A DNA stretch of 32,897 nucleotides from contig CAXUUL010000097.1 in NCBI GenBank assembly GCA_964255285.1, positions 1-32,897 of the forward strand. Reading direction: 5' to 3'. The number at the start of each line of letters is the position of its first letter. The stretch's first letter is position 1. Both the position numbers and the translations under genes were made by a program. Positions 11,413 to 22,430 of this stretch are shown piece by piece. The DNA is from Ionaspis alba (Eukaryota). Under the pieces are notes generated by a model. It was not told where the DNA came from. It was given only the letters and a program-made list of their open reading frames with translations, and searched no databases.

Positions 11413-12496
11413 ATGGCACCTTCGTTAGAGGAACCCACCCAAGTGGACCTTGATGCTCCTCTCAAAGCCACCCCAAAGCTCGTTGCTCCAGAGCCAGGTA
11501 CCTTTCCTAACCCGGGTTGCAATAATCGCCGTATCGCTAATGTTGTCAGAGCATTGCCCGGGTCCTGAATCAAACCTCGCCGGCAAGGGTGGCGCTTGCT
11601 CCGGTTGTCCCAACCAGTCGATATGCGCCTCTACACCTAAAGGTCCAGATCCCGATATACCTCTCATCAACGCTCGTCTGTCGGGCGTCAATCACAAAAT
11701 CCTCATACTCTCTGGAAAAGGCGGAGTGGGCAAATCGACCTTCACTACCATGCTTGCCCACGCCTTCGCCGCGAACCCGGCCAGCATGGTTGGCATTATG
11801 GACACTGACATCTGCGGGCCTAGCATACCGAAGATGATGGGCGTAGAGGCCGAGACGATCCATGTCAGTAACGCGGGCTGGAGCCCGGTGTGGGTTGCGG
11901 ATAATCTGGGAGTGATGAGCGTGCAGTTCATGTTACCCAACCGTGATGATGCCGTCATCTGGAGAGGACCGAAGAAGAATGGGCTGATCAAGCAATTCTT
12001 GAAAGACGTTGAGTGGGGGCAGCTGGACTATCTGCTGGTGGATACTCCCCCAGGAACGAGCGATGAACACCTCTCTGTCAACTCGTTTTTGAAAGAGTCC
12101 GGCGTAGATGGAGCGGTTGTGGTGACGACGCCTCAAGAAGTTAGTCTGCTGGACGTGCGGAAAGAGATTGATTTCTGTCGCAAGGCGGGAATCAAGGTTC
12201 TTGGAATTGTGGAGAATATGTCGGGTTTCGTTTGCCCGAACTGTACGCACAAGTCACAGATCTTCAAAGCCACAACGGGAGGCGCAAGAAGAATGGCCAT
12301 GGAGACGGGCATTCCCTTCTTAGGCGCCGTGCCACTGGATCCTAGGATAGGCATGGCATGCGATTACGGGGAAAGCTTCTTCGACAACTTCCCGGAAAGT
12401 CCTGCCTGTGCCGCATTGAGAACGGTGGTCAGGAGAGTGGGACAGGAGGTCGGCGTGGACCCGGATGCAGTATTACCGGATGCGCCTGACAACTAG
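11413..12496 (+). CDS. NBP35: Cytosolic Fe-S cluster assembly factor Nbp35 (P-loop NTPase), about 343 aa
   Basis: [31 protein letters not shown]-terminal Cys cluster, deviant Walker [32 protein letters not shown]. Intron 11498-11549 (GTACCT..GCTAAT..CAG). The true ATG is at 11413, not the ORF-track start. Confidence 0.97.
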
Positions 12497-12516
12497 TGAT
12501 ACGTGATACGTGACAC
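12496..12516. repeat. Short tandem repeat GTGATAC-GTGATAC-GTGACAC at the NBP35 stop
   Basis: Read directly; begins at the last base of the TAG stop. Confidence 0.8.
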
Positions 12517-12725
12517 GAATATATGGTGCTTGCACGATTTTTTGCATAATGTGTGCAGTGGGTATTCGAAGCATTTAAAGGGAGCATGAGCGGTAGCAAT
12601 GATAGACGGCGCATGGTGGGATATAAGATATCTGTATTCATTTACTCGTGGAGGAATGTTACTTTTGCTATGTCTGGATATCGTAATTCAGGAATCTGGG
12701 CCATTTCAGTGTACATTCCTCTTCC

Positions 12726-14972
12726 TTAGCTTCCTTCCCTGTCATGGAAGCTTGCGAAGTCCAGCTTCATCAAGAGACGATGAACTCCAGCACTCCTGAA
12801 TGGCACAAAACCTGTCGTAACAGAGTCGTCCGCAAACGATTCTTCGCGTCCTCGAGGGTCCGCATCGATAGCGCGGAGTCTGCTCACCAGTCCATACAGA
12901 TCGCTTCTCACACTAAGCCGAGCTCCCGCTAGGTTCTGAATCAACTCGTCCTCTTCCATCGCCATGCGAGATGTGGCAACCATAGCATCTCGTTCCTCCT
13001 CCGCTTCTACATTTTGGTGAACAACACTCATTCGTCTCATTAATGCGACCATATGATCGATCTTGTTCAGAAAGGCCCTGAGGAGCTTAGTGAATGGAGT
13101 GTCGTTGAGCAGGAGTGCATGAACCAAGGCACCCAGGTAAGCCCGATGAGCAATCGCAAGGCTTTCCGGGTCGTGCGGATGGCCGTGTTCTGCATATCCT
13201 TCTGCTATGTCGACTGGGCCAGGTGGCACGGCTGGTGTTAGTATAGGGGTTGAAGGGTTCAGCCATCGGTGAAACTCTTTCCAAGAACTTGCAACTACTT
13301 CTCCTTGTAGGTATTCGCCGAGCTCTGTCAAGAAGAGAGTGGCAGAAGCCACCAGGGCCCATGTACTCCTCATGAGTCGATGCCGCTGAGATCCACGTTC
13401 TCTAACTCTTCTTAGCCGCTCGTCCTCGCCGTTGACCCCAGCCGCACGTTCCGGTAACGGGTGCACTCTCCGTAATACGCTGAGTTTCCACAATTGTGTA
13501 AGATGTAGATGGGCTCGACGGATAGAAAGCAAGTATGTATGTATGGCCGAATAGCCATCGATTTCGATCGGATCTAGGAACAAGTTGATGGGAGGAGAGA
13601 TTACCATAGAGATTGCCGTGGGAGTTCCGAGAAGAGCATCGTCAAAGTTATCTTGGACCTCTTTCCTACTCTGTAAGAAGCCTAGGGATAGTGGGAACGA
13701 GGCGGATTGGCCTGTCGAACCATGCTTCTTGATAGATAACCTGATAAGATCTCGAGCCAGATCGAGCTCCTCGTCTGTATCGTCATCATCTGTCAGAGCA
13801 GCCATGGCTGACCAAGCACGTGCAAGAACAGTTGCCACTTCACTTTCCTTAATCATCATGCCTCCTAAGCGATGAGTCTCTTCCTGCCTCGTATCAGCTG
13901 CAGAGCGACCATGTCTCTCCATCAAATGCTCGTCGGCTGCGCCAATGAGTCCGATAGCAAACTCGCCTCGTTGCAATAGGAAGAAGTTTCGAAGGACATC
14001 GAGTATCTGCAGGACAACTGACAAGGGAAGAAGTTTCTGCAATGCATGCTGTGATAAAGATTGACGGATCCTTGCAATCACCATGGAGAGGCCAGGAGAA
14101 GATATGGGGTACTTCAACGAGGAAAAGTCCTCCAGATGACTCGACAAGAGAGTAAAGTCATACAAATGTGACAACGAGAGGCTCGACGTAAATGTCTTGG
14201 ATCCCTGAGACTTAATGTGGTCCAAAGACTTGCCAATGAATAAAATTGAATTGGCTGTACTGCGAGTGACAAATTTGGGCACTAAATGACCTCGAATATA
14301 ATAGTCCGGGATCTCCTGCCCGGGAATTGATTGCCTCTGTCCGACAAAGAAGTCCTCGCCACCAAGCTTCGGCAAACAACCATAGAGAACCCATCCAGAT
14401 ACTTGCCTGAGCCATGCTGATTCCGCGTCTCTCGTAAGCTCATTGGCAATCTGCTCGATATCCGGATAGCCAGTCCGAGTCTCCGCGCGTAGGTGATCAA
14501 TGAGCTGAGCGCCGGATGCACTTCGAATGGCCGCGTTGGAACCTCCAGCAGCATCACTGGCACTGAGTTGTTCCATGTACTGTACCAAGTCTTTCAGCCA
14601 TTGAAGAATTGGTGTCCATCCCGAAAACGCTCCAGCAATACTGGAGAGGGGCACAATATCATATGCTCCGACAAAGCTAGCATCATCTTGCAGAATGCCT
14701 TTCTCGACGGCCAAGATCTTTTCTTGGAACCTGTTCAGATGCACTGATAAAATAGCAACCGCCACAGCTCGACAGATGACTGATGGGTGCGACGAAGAAG
14801 CAGTGGTAGCATGGGTCCGAATTTCCGCATGCAAAAGCCCCAACCGAGCAATGGACCTCAACAAAGTCTCCTCTGAGGGTGTTAGTACAGTCTTGAATTG
14901 CGACAAGTCCTCGTCTTCCGAGAGCAATGGAGAAGGGTGACCCGAAAGGGCAAAGAGTAGTTCGTGGAGCAT
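12726..14972 (-). CDS. GCP4: Gamma-tubulin complex component, Spc97/Spc98 family (GCP4-like), 748 aa, intronless
   Basis: Starts MLHELLFALSGHPSPLL, typical of GCP4; GRIP features ANSILFIGKSL, LRNFFLLQRGEFA, YLQGEVVASSW, AHRAYL, C-terminal RLLMKLDF. Confidence 0.88.
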   Translation of the reverse strand: MLHELLFALSGHPSPLLSEDEDLSQFKTVLTPSEETLLRSIARLGLLHAEIRTHATTASSSHPSVICRAVAVAILSVHLNRFQEKILAVEKGILQDDASFVGAYDIVPLSSIAGAFSGWTPILQWLKDLVQYMEQLSASDAAGGSNAAIRSASGAQLIDHLRAETRTGYPDIEQIANELTRDAESAWLRQVSGWVLYGCLPKLGGEDFFVGQRQSIPGQEIPDYYIRGHLVPKFVTRSTANSILFIGKSLDHIKSQGSKTFTSSLSLSHLYDFTLLSSHLEDFSSLKYPISSPGLSMVIARIRQSLSQHALQKLLPLSVVLQILDVLRNFFLLQRGEFAIGLIGAADEHLMERHGRSAADTRQEETHRLGGMMIKESEVATVLARAWSAMAALTDDDDTDEELDLARDLIRLSIKKHGSTGQSASFPLSLGFLQSRKEVQDNFDDALLGTPTAISMVISPPINLFLDPIEIDGYSAIHTYLLSIRRAHLHLTQLWKLSVLRRVHPLPERAAGVNGEDERLRRVRERGSQRHRLMRSTWALVASATLFLTELGEYLQGEVVASSWKEFHRWLNPSTPILTPAVPPGPVDIAEGYAEHGHPHDPESLAIAHRAYLGALVHALLLNDTPFTKLLRAFLNKIDHMVALMRRMSVVHQNVEAEEERDAMVATSRMAMEEDELIQNLAGARLSVRSDLYGLVSRLRAIDADPRGREESFADDSVTTGFVPFRSAGVHRLLMKLDFASFHDREGS

Positions 14973-15134
14973 GTCAGCCCATGCTACAATGTTGTGCTAC
15001 TGTATTCCAAAACCAAACCCCTCTTAGCGCAAGACAGTGCCTCCGCAAGACACAGAGTGGTACGTCCTCTGGATAGCAAAGGTTCCATATCGCAGAATAG
15101 TGTTGTGGAAGTCAGCGAACTGGGTATGAAGGAG

Positions 15135-15152
15135 ACGCGTATGACCACGCGT
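15135..15152. promoter_or_regulatory. Two MCB (MluI cell-cycle box) elements in the GCP4/ARC1 divergent promoter
   Basis: ACGCGT at 15135-15140 and 15147-15152, about 165-180 nt upstream of the GCP4 ATG. Confidence 0.5.
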
Positions 15153-15465
15153 TAGCCATTCACGGAATAGGAGTGGTAGGGCTTCGCTAAGCCCTATTTC
15201 AGCAGTCCGAACGATTGGTTGACTCACAAGTACAACATCATCGTTTGATATGCCTTACTGCTATCGATATTTCCTGGCAGACACGCATTGAAAGGAAAGG
15301 AAGTCCTGGTAGGGCATTGGGTTGTCGTTATCGCTACAGCTGAAGGGTGCTGCGAAGCTGGCCATACCACTGCAACATTTTATCGCTCGAGCGGTCAGAG
15401 GCATATATGTACTGGCTCGCAAACCTCAACCTACTCTACAGCTGTCCCAGTCTTTTGCAGTAGTC

Positions 15466-16839
15466 ATGTCAACACCTAGCCCTGCGGCCGACTCCATATC
15501 GGGCATCGCGAAGCGGTTCTTTCCTTCAGCAACCCCTCAACCATCGCAGTCTGGAGCCGACACCTCCGAACTCTCTCACGCCATATTCCCTGGGACTACC
15601 TACACAGACAACGAAAAAGTCGAGATATCACAATGGATAACCAGTTCATCCCGTCTAGCTGCACTGGATGAGGACGAGGCTAAGCATGACGAACGCCTAG
15701 GCTCCCTCAATACCCACCTCTCCACACGCACAACCCTACTTGGTAGCAAACCCTCTTTAGCGGATGTAGCGGTCTACGCTCGTCTAGCACCCCTCGTGGC
15801 GAAATGGACATCAGAGGAAAGGACAGGGGAGCAAGGCTACCACAATATTGTGCGATATGTCGATTTTATCCAGAATGCGCCTTTGTTCGGGCTATCTCTG
15901 GATGAGAGGGACAAAATCAATATCGACGCAAATGACGTGCGGTTTGTACACAAGCCCCTAGATCCAAAGGAAGAGAAGGAGCGAAAGAAAAAAGAGAAAG
16001 CCCTTGCCGCTGGTGGAGGAGCCTCTAAAGGGGAGTCTAAGCCTGCGCTCGTTGTCGGACAAGGCAAACCCGAAGGGGCTCAAAGCAAGAAGGAGGTTGC
16101 TCTAGAAGCTGTCTCAGAAGCCAAAGACAAAGTCAAAGGAGCAGTCACTGGAGAGTCTCCAGCTCAGTCCAAAAAGGGGAAGAAAGAGAAAGCTGCCAAA
16201 CCAGCCAAACAGCCAGCCAAAGAGACACCTCTCTCCCCATCCCTCCTCGACCTTCGCGTCGGCCATATCCTCAAGGCTGTCAATCACCCCAACGCCGACT
16301 CTCTTTATGTCTCAACTATCGCTTGTGGCGATCCGGCTGGTACGGAAAACACCTCCGAGTACGAGGGGCAAGTGGTACGGACCGTCTGTTCGGGTCTGAA
16401 TGGTCTAGTGCCTTTGGCCGAGATGCAGAATCGGAAAATTGTGGCGGTCTGCAACCTCAAACCTGTGAAGATGCGAGGCGTTTTGTCGGCCGCCATGGTC
16501 CTCGCTGCATCACCACGATTAGCAGAAGGGGAAGAAGACAAGCATGCCGGACCGGTAGAGCTGGTGAGCCCGCCTGTGAGCGCCACGGCTGGAGAGAGGA
16601 TATACTTTGAAGGTTGGGAGGGAGAGCCCGAAGGAGTGCTAAATCCGAAGAAAAAGGTTTGGGAGATGATACAACCGGGGTTCACCACGACCGACGACTT
16701 GGGGGTGGCATTCGAGATGAGCCGGGTGGAGCAATTAGCTGGGGAGAAGGCCAGCGGGAGGCCAGCGATAGGAAAGTTGGTGGCAAAGAGCGGAGGCGGT
16801 TGTAAGGTCATGAGCCTCAAGGGCGCTGCGGTAAGATGA
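15466..16839 (+). CDS. ARC1: tRNA-aminoacylation cofactor Arc1 (GST-like N-domain + EMAPII-like tRNA-binding domain), 457 aa
   Basis: LNTHLSTRTTLLGSKPSLADVAVY, RYVDFIQN, Lys-rich linker, LDLRVGHILKAVNHPNADSLYVSTI, RTVCSGL, CNLKPVKMRGVLSAAMVL, LNPKKKVWE. First in-frame ATG at 15466. Confidence 0.95.
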   Translation: MSTPSPAADSISGIAKRFFPSATPQPSQSGADTSELSHAIFPGTTYTDNEKVEISQWITSSSRLAALDEDEAKHDERLGSLNTHLSTRTTLLGSKPSLADVAVYARLAPLVAKWTSEERTGEQGYHNIVRYVDFIQNAPLFGLSLDERDKINIDANDVRFVHKPLDPKEEKERKKKEKALAAGGGASKGESKPALVVGQGKPEGAQSKKEVALEAVSEAKDKVKGAVTGESPAQSKKGKKEKAAKPAKQPAKETPLSPSLLDLRVGHILKAVNHPNADSLYVSTIACGDPAGTENTSEYEGQVVRTVCSGLNGLVPLAEMQNRKIVAVCNLKPVKMRGVLSAAMVLAASPRLAEGEEDKHAGPVELVSPPVSATAGERIYFEGWEGEPEGVLNPKKKVWEMIQPGFTTTDDLGVAFEMSRVEQLAGEKASGRPAIGKLVAKSGGGCKVMSLKGAAVR

Positions 16840-17159
16840 TCGGAGATTCGTCGAGGTCTAGAAGAAGCTATTACACATACAATAGACTTGGCTCAGATGT
16901 TAGATGATCTCTGGCAGAGTATTGCACTATCATCAACCATTCCAATGCAAGAGATGAAAGGTCTTTCTCTGTTCCATGTGTCTCCAATCCCGTCTGCGTA
17001 TTGGAGGAGCTGGGTGCAGTCGACCCAGTAAGCTATGTTGAGTATCCAACGGCCAGCTGCTGAAAACCACATTTGATTCTTACATAGTATTACGCAGCTG
17101 ATAGGTTTGGAACGTGAATGTGGTCCAATTTTTCTGGAACCACTAAATTCTATGGGTCA

Positions 17160-18264
17160 TCCATATAGGGTTGCACGAGCATAGCGTAAATTTATTAGCC
17201 CTGCCGCGCTTGGTCGAGACGCCAATCCTGCAGGAAGCATTCGGTCGTAGAGAAGCGTTCAGCATTTATGCAATAACGAAGTCTCGAAAGAGCACACTGG
17301 ACTTAAATCAAGGGACAATGGATTCACTCGCTACCCCCTAGTGCCCATGTGCTCTCCTTTATGTCCAACAAGCAGGCTTTGAAGGGGTTGAGATTAGCAT
17401 TGGACCAAGTCGTAACTGAGCATGGAATCTTGGTCACGATTATCACGTGACTATTGTGAGAATATCGATTCCGAAGATCGTGGATGTGACGAGAGAGATG
17501 CACCCCTCGGGGGATCCATGTTATTCAAAGGTCCTAAGTACATGCGCGCTATTAAAGGGTGTCTTGAAGACTGCCAGTCCCTGCGTTCTCTGCAAATACG
17601 CTGCACAGCTGTTTAAGAGGGTCAGGGTCCCGTTCCATCAGCAGTGCAGGCCGTCCAGCTTATACACCGGATTCCGTGCGATCGATTCGTCGACGAAGAA
17701 GGACTTCTTGGGTGGCCTTGACAGCCTAACACTCTGCTTTTCCAGATGTTGGCGTTCTACCGCTTGCTCACAAACGATGGAAAGTTAGAGATTTTCCACC
17801 AAGAAAGAGCAGCAGAAGATTTGAAGTCCCTGGGCCTTAAGGTATCGACAAACTCGATCCCGTCATTTTTCAATCTCTCCAACCCCGTCGCTACATTGGA
17901 TCAGGTCCCGCCGCATATTCTCTTACTCACTCTCGTAACTTCCCTGATCTTCTTGTGGAGTAGTATCGCCCTTGTGCACGTACACCACGATAAGCCCCGG
18001 TCAGCAAGTAGCGAAGACATCACACGTCTAATCCTGGCGAATCACAGCCTGTCCTGTCTCTATTGTAGCTCTGGGTTGGAGATGGACGACGGTGAGTCCG
18101 AGATTGTGATGGCTGTGGTGGTTATAATAGGGTCTCATATAACCCTGGACTCGCTGCTGGTTGATTGGGAGCCCGGGGTGGCGTATCGGCTGGGCGTGGC
18201 TATGATCGATAAAAATGCCTGGGATGGACTGGAAACAGGATAGAAATTGGTTGTTTTCGGTTAA
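17160..18264 (+). pseudogene. Decayed HET-domain-protein relic (C-terminal part recognisable)
   Basis: ORF 17746-18243 ends LLVDWEPGVAYRLGVAMIDKNAWDGLETG*KLVVFG*, resembling C-termini of fungal HET-domain proteins; LIFLWSSIA also fits. At 17160-17184, TCC ATA TAG G GTT GCA CGA GCA TAG restores to S-I-W-V-A-R-A-W (HET SxWxxRAW). The intervening region has stops and frameshifts; the 5' boundary is uncertain. Confidence 0.5.
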
Positions 18265-18565
18265 GATGATGTCGTGTCAATGATCGACGTCCTCCGGAGC
18301 TACAGCGTTGAGCCCACAGACGGACACCATTCATGGGGTCAATTATCTGCAAGAAACGAACGGCTCACAATAGAAGACGCTGTGGATTGGATATCATACT
18401 GTACAGCCGTTGGTTTTCTCTCTTGAATTGCATGCGTAGAACATCAAGTCAACACAGCTAGCTGTTTGTACAGAGCTTTCGCAAAGTGAAGAGGACATCT
18501 CTTGCTCGCTTAATCGCCCACTTTTATCAGTAACCATAGACATTCCAAGGAAAGAAAAAAAAAAA

Positions 18566-20507
18566 CTATCCCCTTGCATATGCTGATGAAGTATCCTGAG
18601 GGTAATTACCCTCAGCGAATTCCGGATCCAGCGCTGTCTCCGAGGCAGGCTGTTTCAGTATACCCTTCGTGGGAGTATTTTTGGTAGGAGAATATCGAGA
18701 ATATCCATGACTTTTCCTCTTCTGCTTTCCAGAATCCATCGGGAATGGGTACGTTTGACCCGTTGCGCGAGCTCCGGTCTCGAGGATAGGTGGATGGACC
18801 CATGTTTGCTCTGTCGTCTCAACACCTTCGGGTGTGACATAGCTTTTGTCATCGCCTTCCTCGCCAGGAAATTCGCGAGCCGTGAAGCTCCTTCGTTCCG
18901 TCGATACTGGGTCACCCGATGGGATCTTCGACGCGGTTTCTGCAATGACCCAGTTGTTACGGCGACCGGGGACCTCATCCGCGCTGACTTCGACAAGACC
19001 GCCTCCCTCAACGGGGAGAAAATGTCGAGGAGGGAGAACTTCGACGTCGATGATGGGCAAGATTCGATGGTAGACGTCGTGGGTGTGTATCTCGCGAGTC
19101 ACGACCTCCTCGCGTACATGGTGGACGTCTTGCTTCACGGTTTCATGCACGACAGCTGTTTCCAAGTCAGTATCATGAACCTCGACGACACTCCCACAAA
19201 AATATCCAGAAGCCTTACCAGGCGCAATGCGTTCGATAACTTCAGTGTCCTTCGAATTCGTCTTTGCACGATCGAGCACTTCTTGGGTCGATGCTGTCGT
19301 GTGTGGAGACCCAATTATTGTGTTGCTATGACTGCTGCGGGCAGAATTTTGAATCGAAGAGGTATCGCGATTCGGTTCACCGTAAGGCCTAGGGCCACGA
19401 ATGGTATTTCCAGTTGCAACAACACGGGTACTTCCTGTCTCGTTTCTCGCTATAGGCTGTTGGTTTGCGGCTGTGAGGGAGCGTTGATCGCCATCAACCC
19501 TTGGATCAAGTACGGTAGCTGCCGTTGGGCTTTTCTGGGCATTGATCAAATTACTCAGCCGTGAGTCTCCGTCGACTCTTGGGTCCATCGCAGGGGATGC
19601 GAAAGGATCTCTACGGCTATCACGCAGTTCGTTCTTCACAATCGTGTTTTGGTTTCCAGATGTGTTGTAATTCTGGTCCCCGTCAACCCTGGGATCAAGC
19701 ATCGGAGCTGCAGGTAAAGGCTTCTGAAGACTGGATTGTCGAGCATGTCCGGATGACGCAGCGGCGGGCGATGAAGAGACCGGATCTGCAAGGTTTGATC
19801 CACTGCTCCCGATTTCCTTCCTCGGAATCGATCTCGTTTGAGGGAACTCTGGCTGGGACTGCTGCTGGGTGCTGACAGGGTCAGGTATGGGATTGGATGA
19901 CCTTGGCGGCTGTTGTCTCGTTCGGCCGGCAGAAGACCCTGGCCCATATAGAGACGATAAGTAGGAATACTGGGGATCCTTCATGTCTTCTCGAGTGATA
20001 CCTGTGGTGCCACCGTTCGAGTTATCGTCCTGGAACGGATCTTGACCTCTGGTGTCTGAAGAACGATTCTGGTCTCTTCCTGGGCTTGCTCCTGTAAGAA
20101 GGTCAGGATAAGCCAAGTGGAACGTTTCCATGAAGGTACTCACCACTTCCGCCATCTAGGTTCATGCGGCCAAAATCTTGTGAGAGATTCTCGCCGTGCT
20201 GAGATTGCCGAGATGGCATGGCTTGATCGGGGTAGGAAGACTTTGACGGGGCAACATTGGCGTACTCGTTCCGCCGTGGCTGCTGGTTTCGTCCGTACGA
20301 AGGAGTCTCATGAGAAGGAGCAATTGAACTGTTGTTTCCCCTTTGAGGGAGTCCTCCCATCTCGGGCTGTGCACCAGTCGTAGTATCCTGATACAAAGAC
20401 TGGCGAAGTCCAGAATCGCCAGGCGAATCATGCTCCGATTGGGCGGAGCCATATAAGTCAGAATCATCCCTTTTCCTGTGGAGTAGTTTCTTGAGGCGAC
20501 CCTCCAT
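18566..20507 (-). CDS. Hydrophilic, disordered protein (about 608 aa) with three DPRVDGD dehydrin-like motifs and a His-rich 'allergen-like' domain
   Basis: Exons 20507-20144, 20091-19219, 19155-18566; introns 20092-20143 (GTGAGT..CTGAC..CAG) and 19156-19218 (GTAAGG..CAG). DPRVDGD near 19690, 19575 and 19497; domain APAVVHETVKQDVHHVREEVVTREIHTHDVYHRILPIIDVEVLP. Confidence 0.85.
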
Positions 20508-20716
20508 CCCTAGATGTTCGTGCTACGAGTAGTAGGATAAGACCGCGAGAGAAAGTGACGAATAAAGTACGAGAGATGAAGATGGACAGCTTAATTGAGG
20601 CCTCGGTTGACAATTGACTACAGCGATCGTATTACGCACAACATACCTCTTCAATCGCAGTGTCTGTGCAGAGTAGAGTATACCGGTTTGAAGGGGAAAA
20701 TAGATGCCAAGTCCGT

Positions 20717-22225
20717 ACGTCACTGCATGTCACCATGCGCGCTATAGCGACGCGGCCGGTAGTGTTCTAGAACACCGAAGCTCACGAGGAAAGCTCCGAT
20801 CTGGCTGACGTGGGATTTTTCGCGGGGGTACGGGATGTCTGCAAAGAACGGTTCCTATCAACTGTGATGGTCGTCGAACGATTGATTTCCAGCATATTTC
20901 TTCGTACCAGGAGCTCAATCAACACAAATTCGATGTGGCGGTATCTGGAGGGGGGTTGGTGGCAGCAGCCATCGACGTGTGCAGCACAACGAATGATCTC
21001 ATCACACTGCGTCTCGCTCCCCAGCCACGCAAGGCAGGGATGGTCCATACCAGTGTGGATGGCAATAATGGGAAGCACCGGAATACTCCATCGATCGCAA
21101 TGCGACTGAACGTGGCCCGTCCAGGATATCGACGTCAATGTTCTCAAGAACCACATTTGTCGGATTCAGGCTTCTCATTCCTGGCCGGCGGACAGTCCAC
21201 CGTTGAAAGAGCACGGCCACGCAATGAAACGGTGCTTGAGCGATGACAGGTGCAAAGTCTAAGGGCCAGATACCACTAGAATTTGTGCAATAATGGTTCT
21301 CACCGTTGCAACTACTGTACGGTGCTGTATAGAGGGACTGCCTAGGTGACATCTAGCCCTCTACGCCCTTGTATACCCCGGGCTTCGCCATGTAGTGCTG
21401 AGAGCCGGTTCGGGTTAGGTGGTTCCGGATGACGGAGGATTATTAATCCCAGGGATCGGCGGAGGATCAGCCCAACTCTGCATCGCCATTCGTGTTGGGA
21501 CTCCATCCACACCTGCCCAAGGACCCTGACCCAAAACAATCGTCATGACGATCACGCATATGCAAGTAGTTGTCTCGCTGTCTTGCTTTACTGGAGTCCC
21601 GAAGGAAATCCGCGAATGCACCAGCACGACAAGCATGTGCAAGAATCAAGGAACAGCCAGAATCCCACAGGTGCAACGTCTGCATATGACCGCACAACCT
21701 CATTCTCCGACAAGCCATGGCACTCTCCCCACACATACCAATACCAATTGCCTTGATCAGACCTCAAGCACATCGAGATCATGGTAATTGAGCGGTAGAG
21801 GAAAGGGTAATATCGGGTACGATGAGTTTGGATCATGTAGAGTCGACGTCAATCGTGATATCGGCAGCATCATTTCCATCGACCAGCGCATGTCCAAGCC
21901 CTCCCAAACAGAGCAGAGCTTTGCACGTCTCGGCATGACGCTCGCTTCCTCGCAGGCGAAGGATCTGACCATGACCCTGATTCGAAGCATGATTCTAGCG
22001 CATCTTTCGCTGGTTGGGTTAGATGGAAGAGTATCTTGGAGTAGTTGATTGGTAGTGACGGATCCCTCCATGCACCTGGTAGTTACCGCATGCTTGCCAG
22101 CCTCGCACCCACAACGGGCAAGCCACACGAATCATGCACCAGGAAACCCTTGGCGTGTGGCTAAGGAAAAGGAAAATGAGGGAAGAGGGAAGAGGGAAGA
22201 GGAAAGACAGAAAGAGCCATGACGT
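20717..22225. promoter_or_regulatory. Bidirectional intergenic region with clustered ATF/CREB (TGACGT) cores
   Basis: TGACGT/ACGTCA at 20717-20722, 20806-20811, 21132-21137, 21846-21851 and 22220-22225; STRE-like AGGGG near 20692, 20949 and 22252. Confidence 0.45.
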
Positions 22226-22430
22226 GTGAACGATTCACTACGCAGATGGGGAGGGGCTGCCGCTCTAGCTCTGGATGATTAAAGCCCACTTCTCGCACTT
22301 TCACCATCTTCAATCTCTTCTCCCTCAACCACAACATCATCACTTCTATCAACTTCCTCACACTCTCCTTCCTACCACTACACAAGCTTATCTTACATAC
22401 GAATCCCGTTCTTCCAATCAATCAATCATC

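Noticed and set aside
16828..17031. GTAAGA at the ARC1 end and about 63 open codons after its TGA (alternative or readthrough C-terminus)
   Set aside because: ..GAAVR* is the normal Arc1 ending, the stop context (TGA TCG) is not a readthrough motif, and no targeting signal results; the region may belong to the adjacent relic.
20523..22128. Many short ORFs in the divergent intergenic region
   Set aside because: Mutually overlapping, with no motifs and no consistent splice structure.
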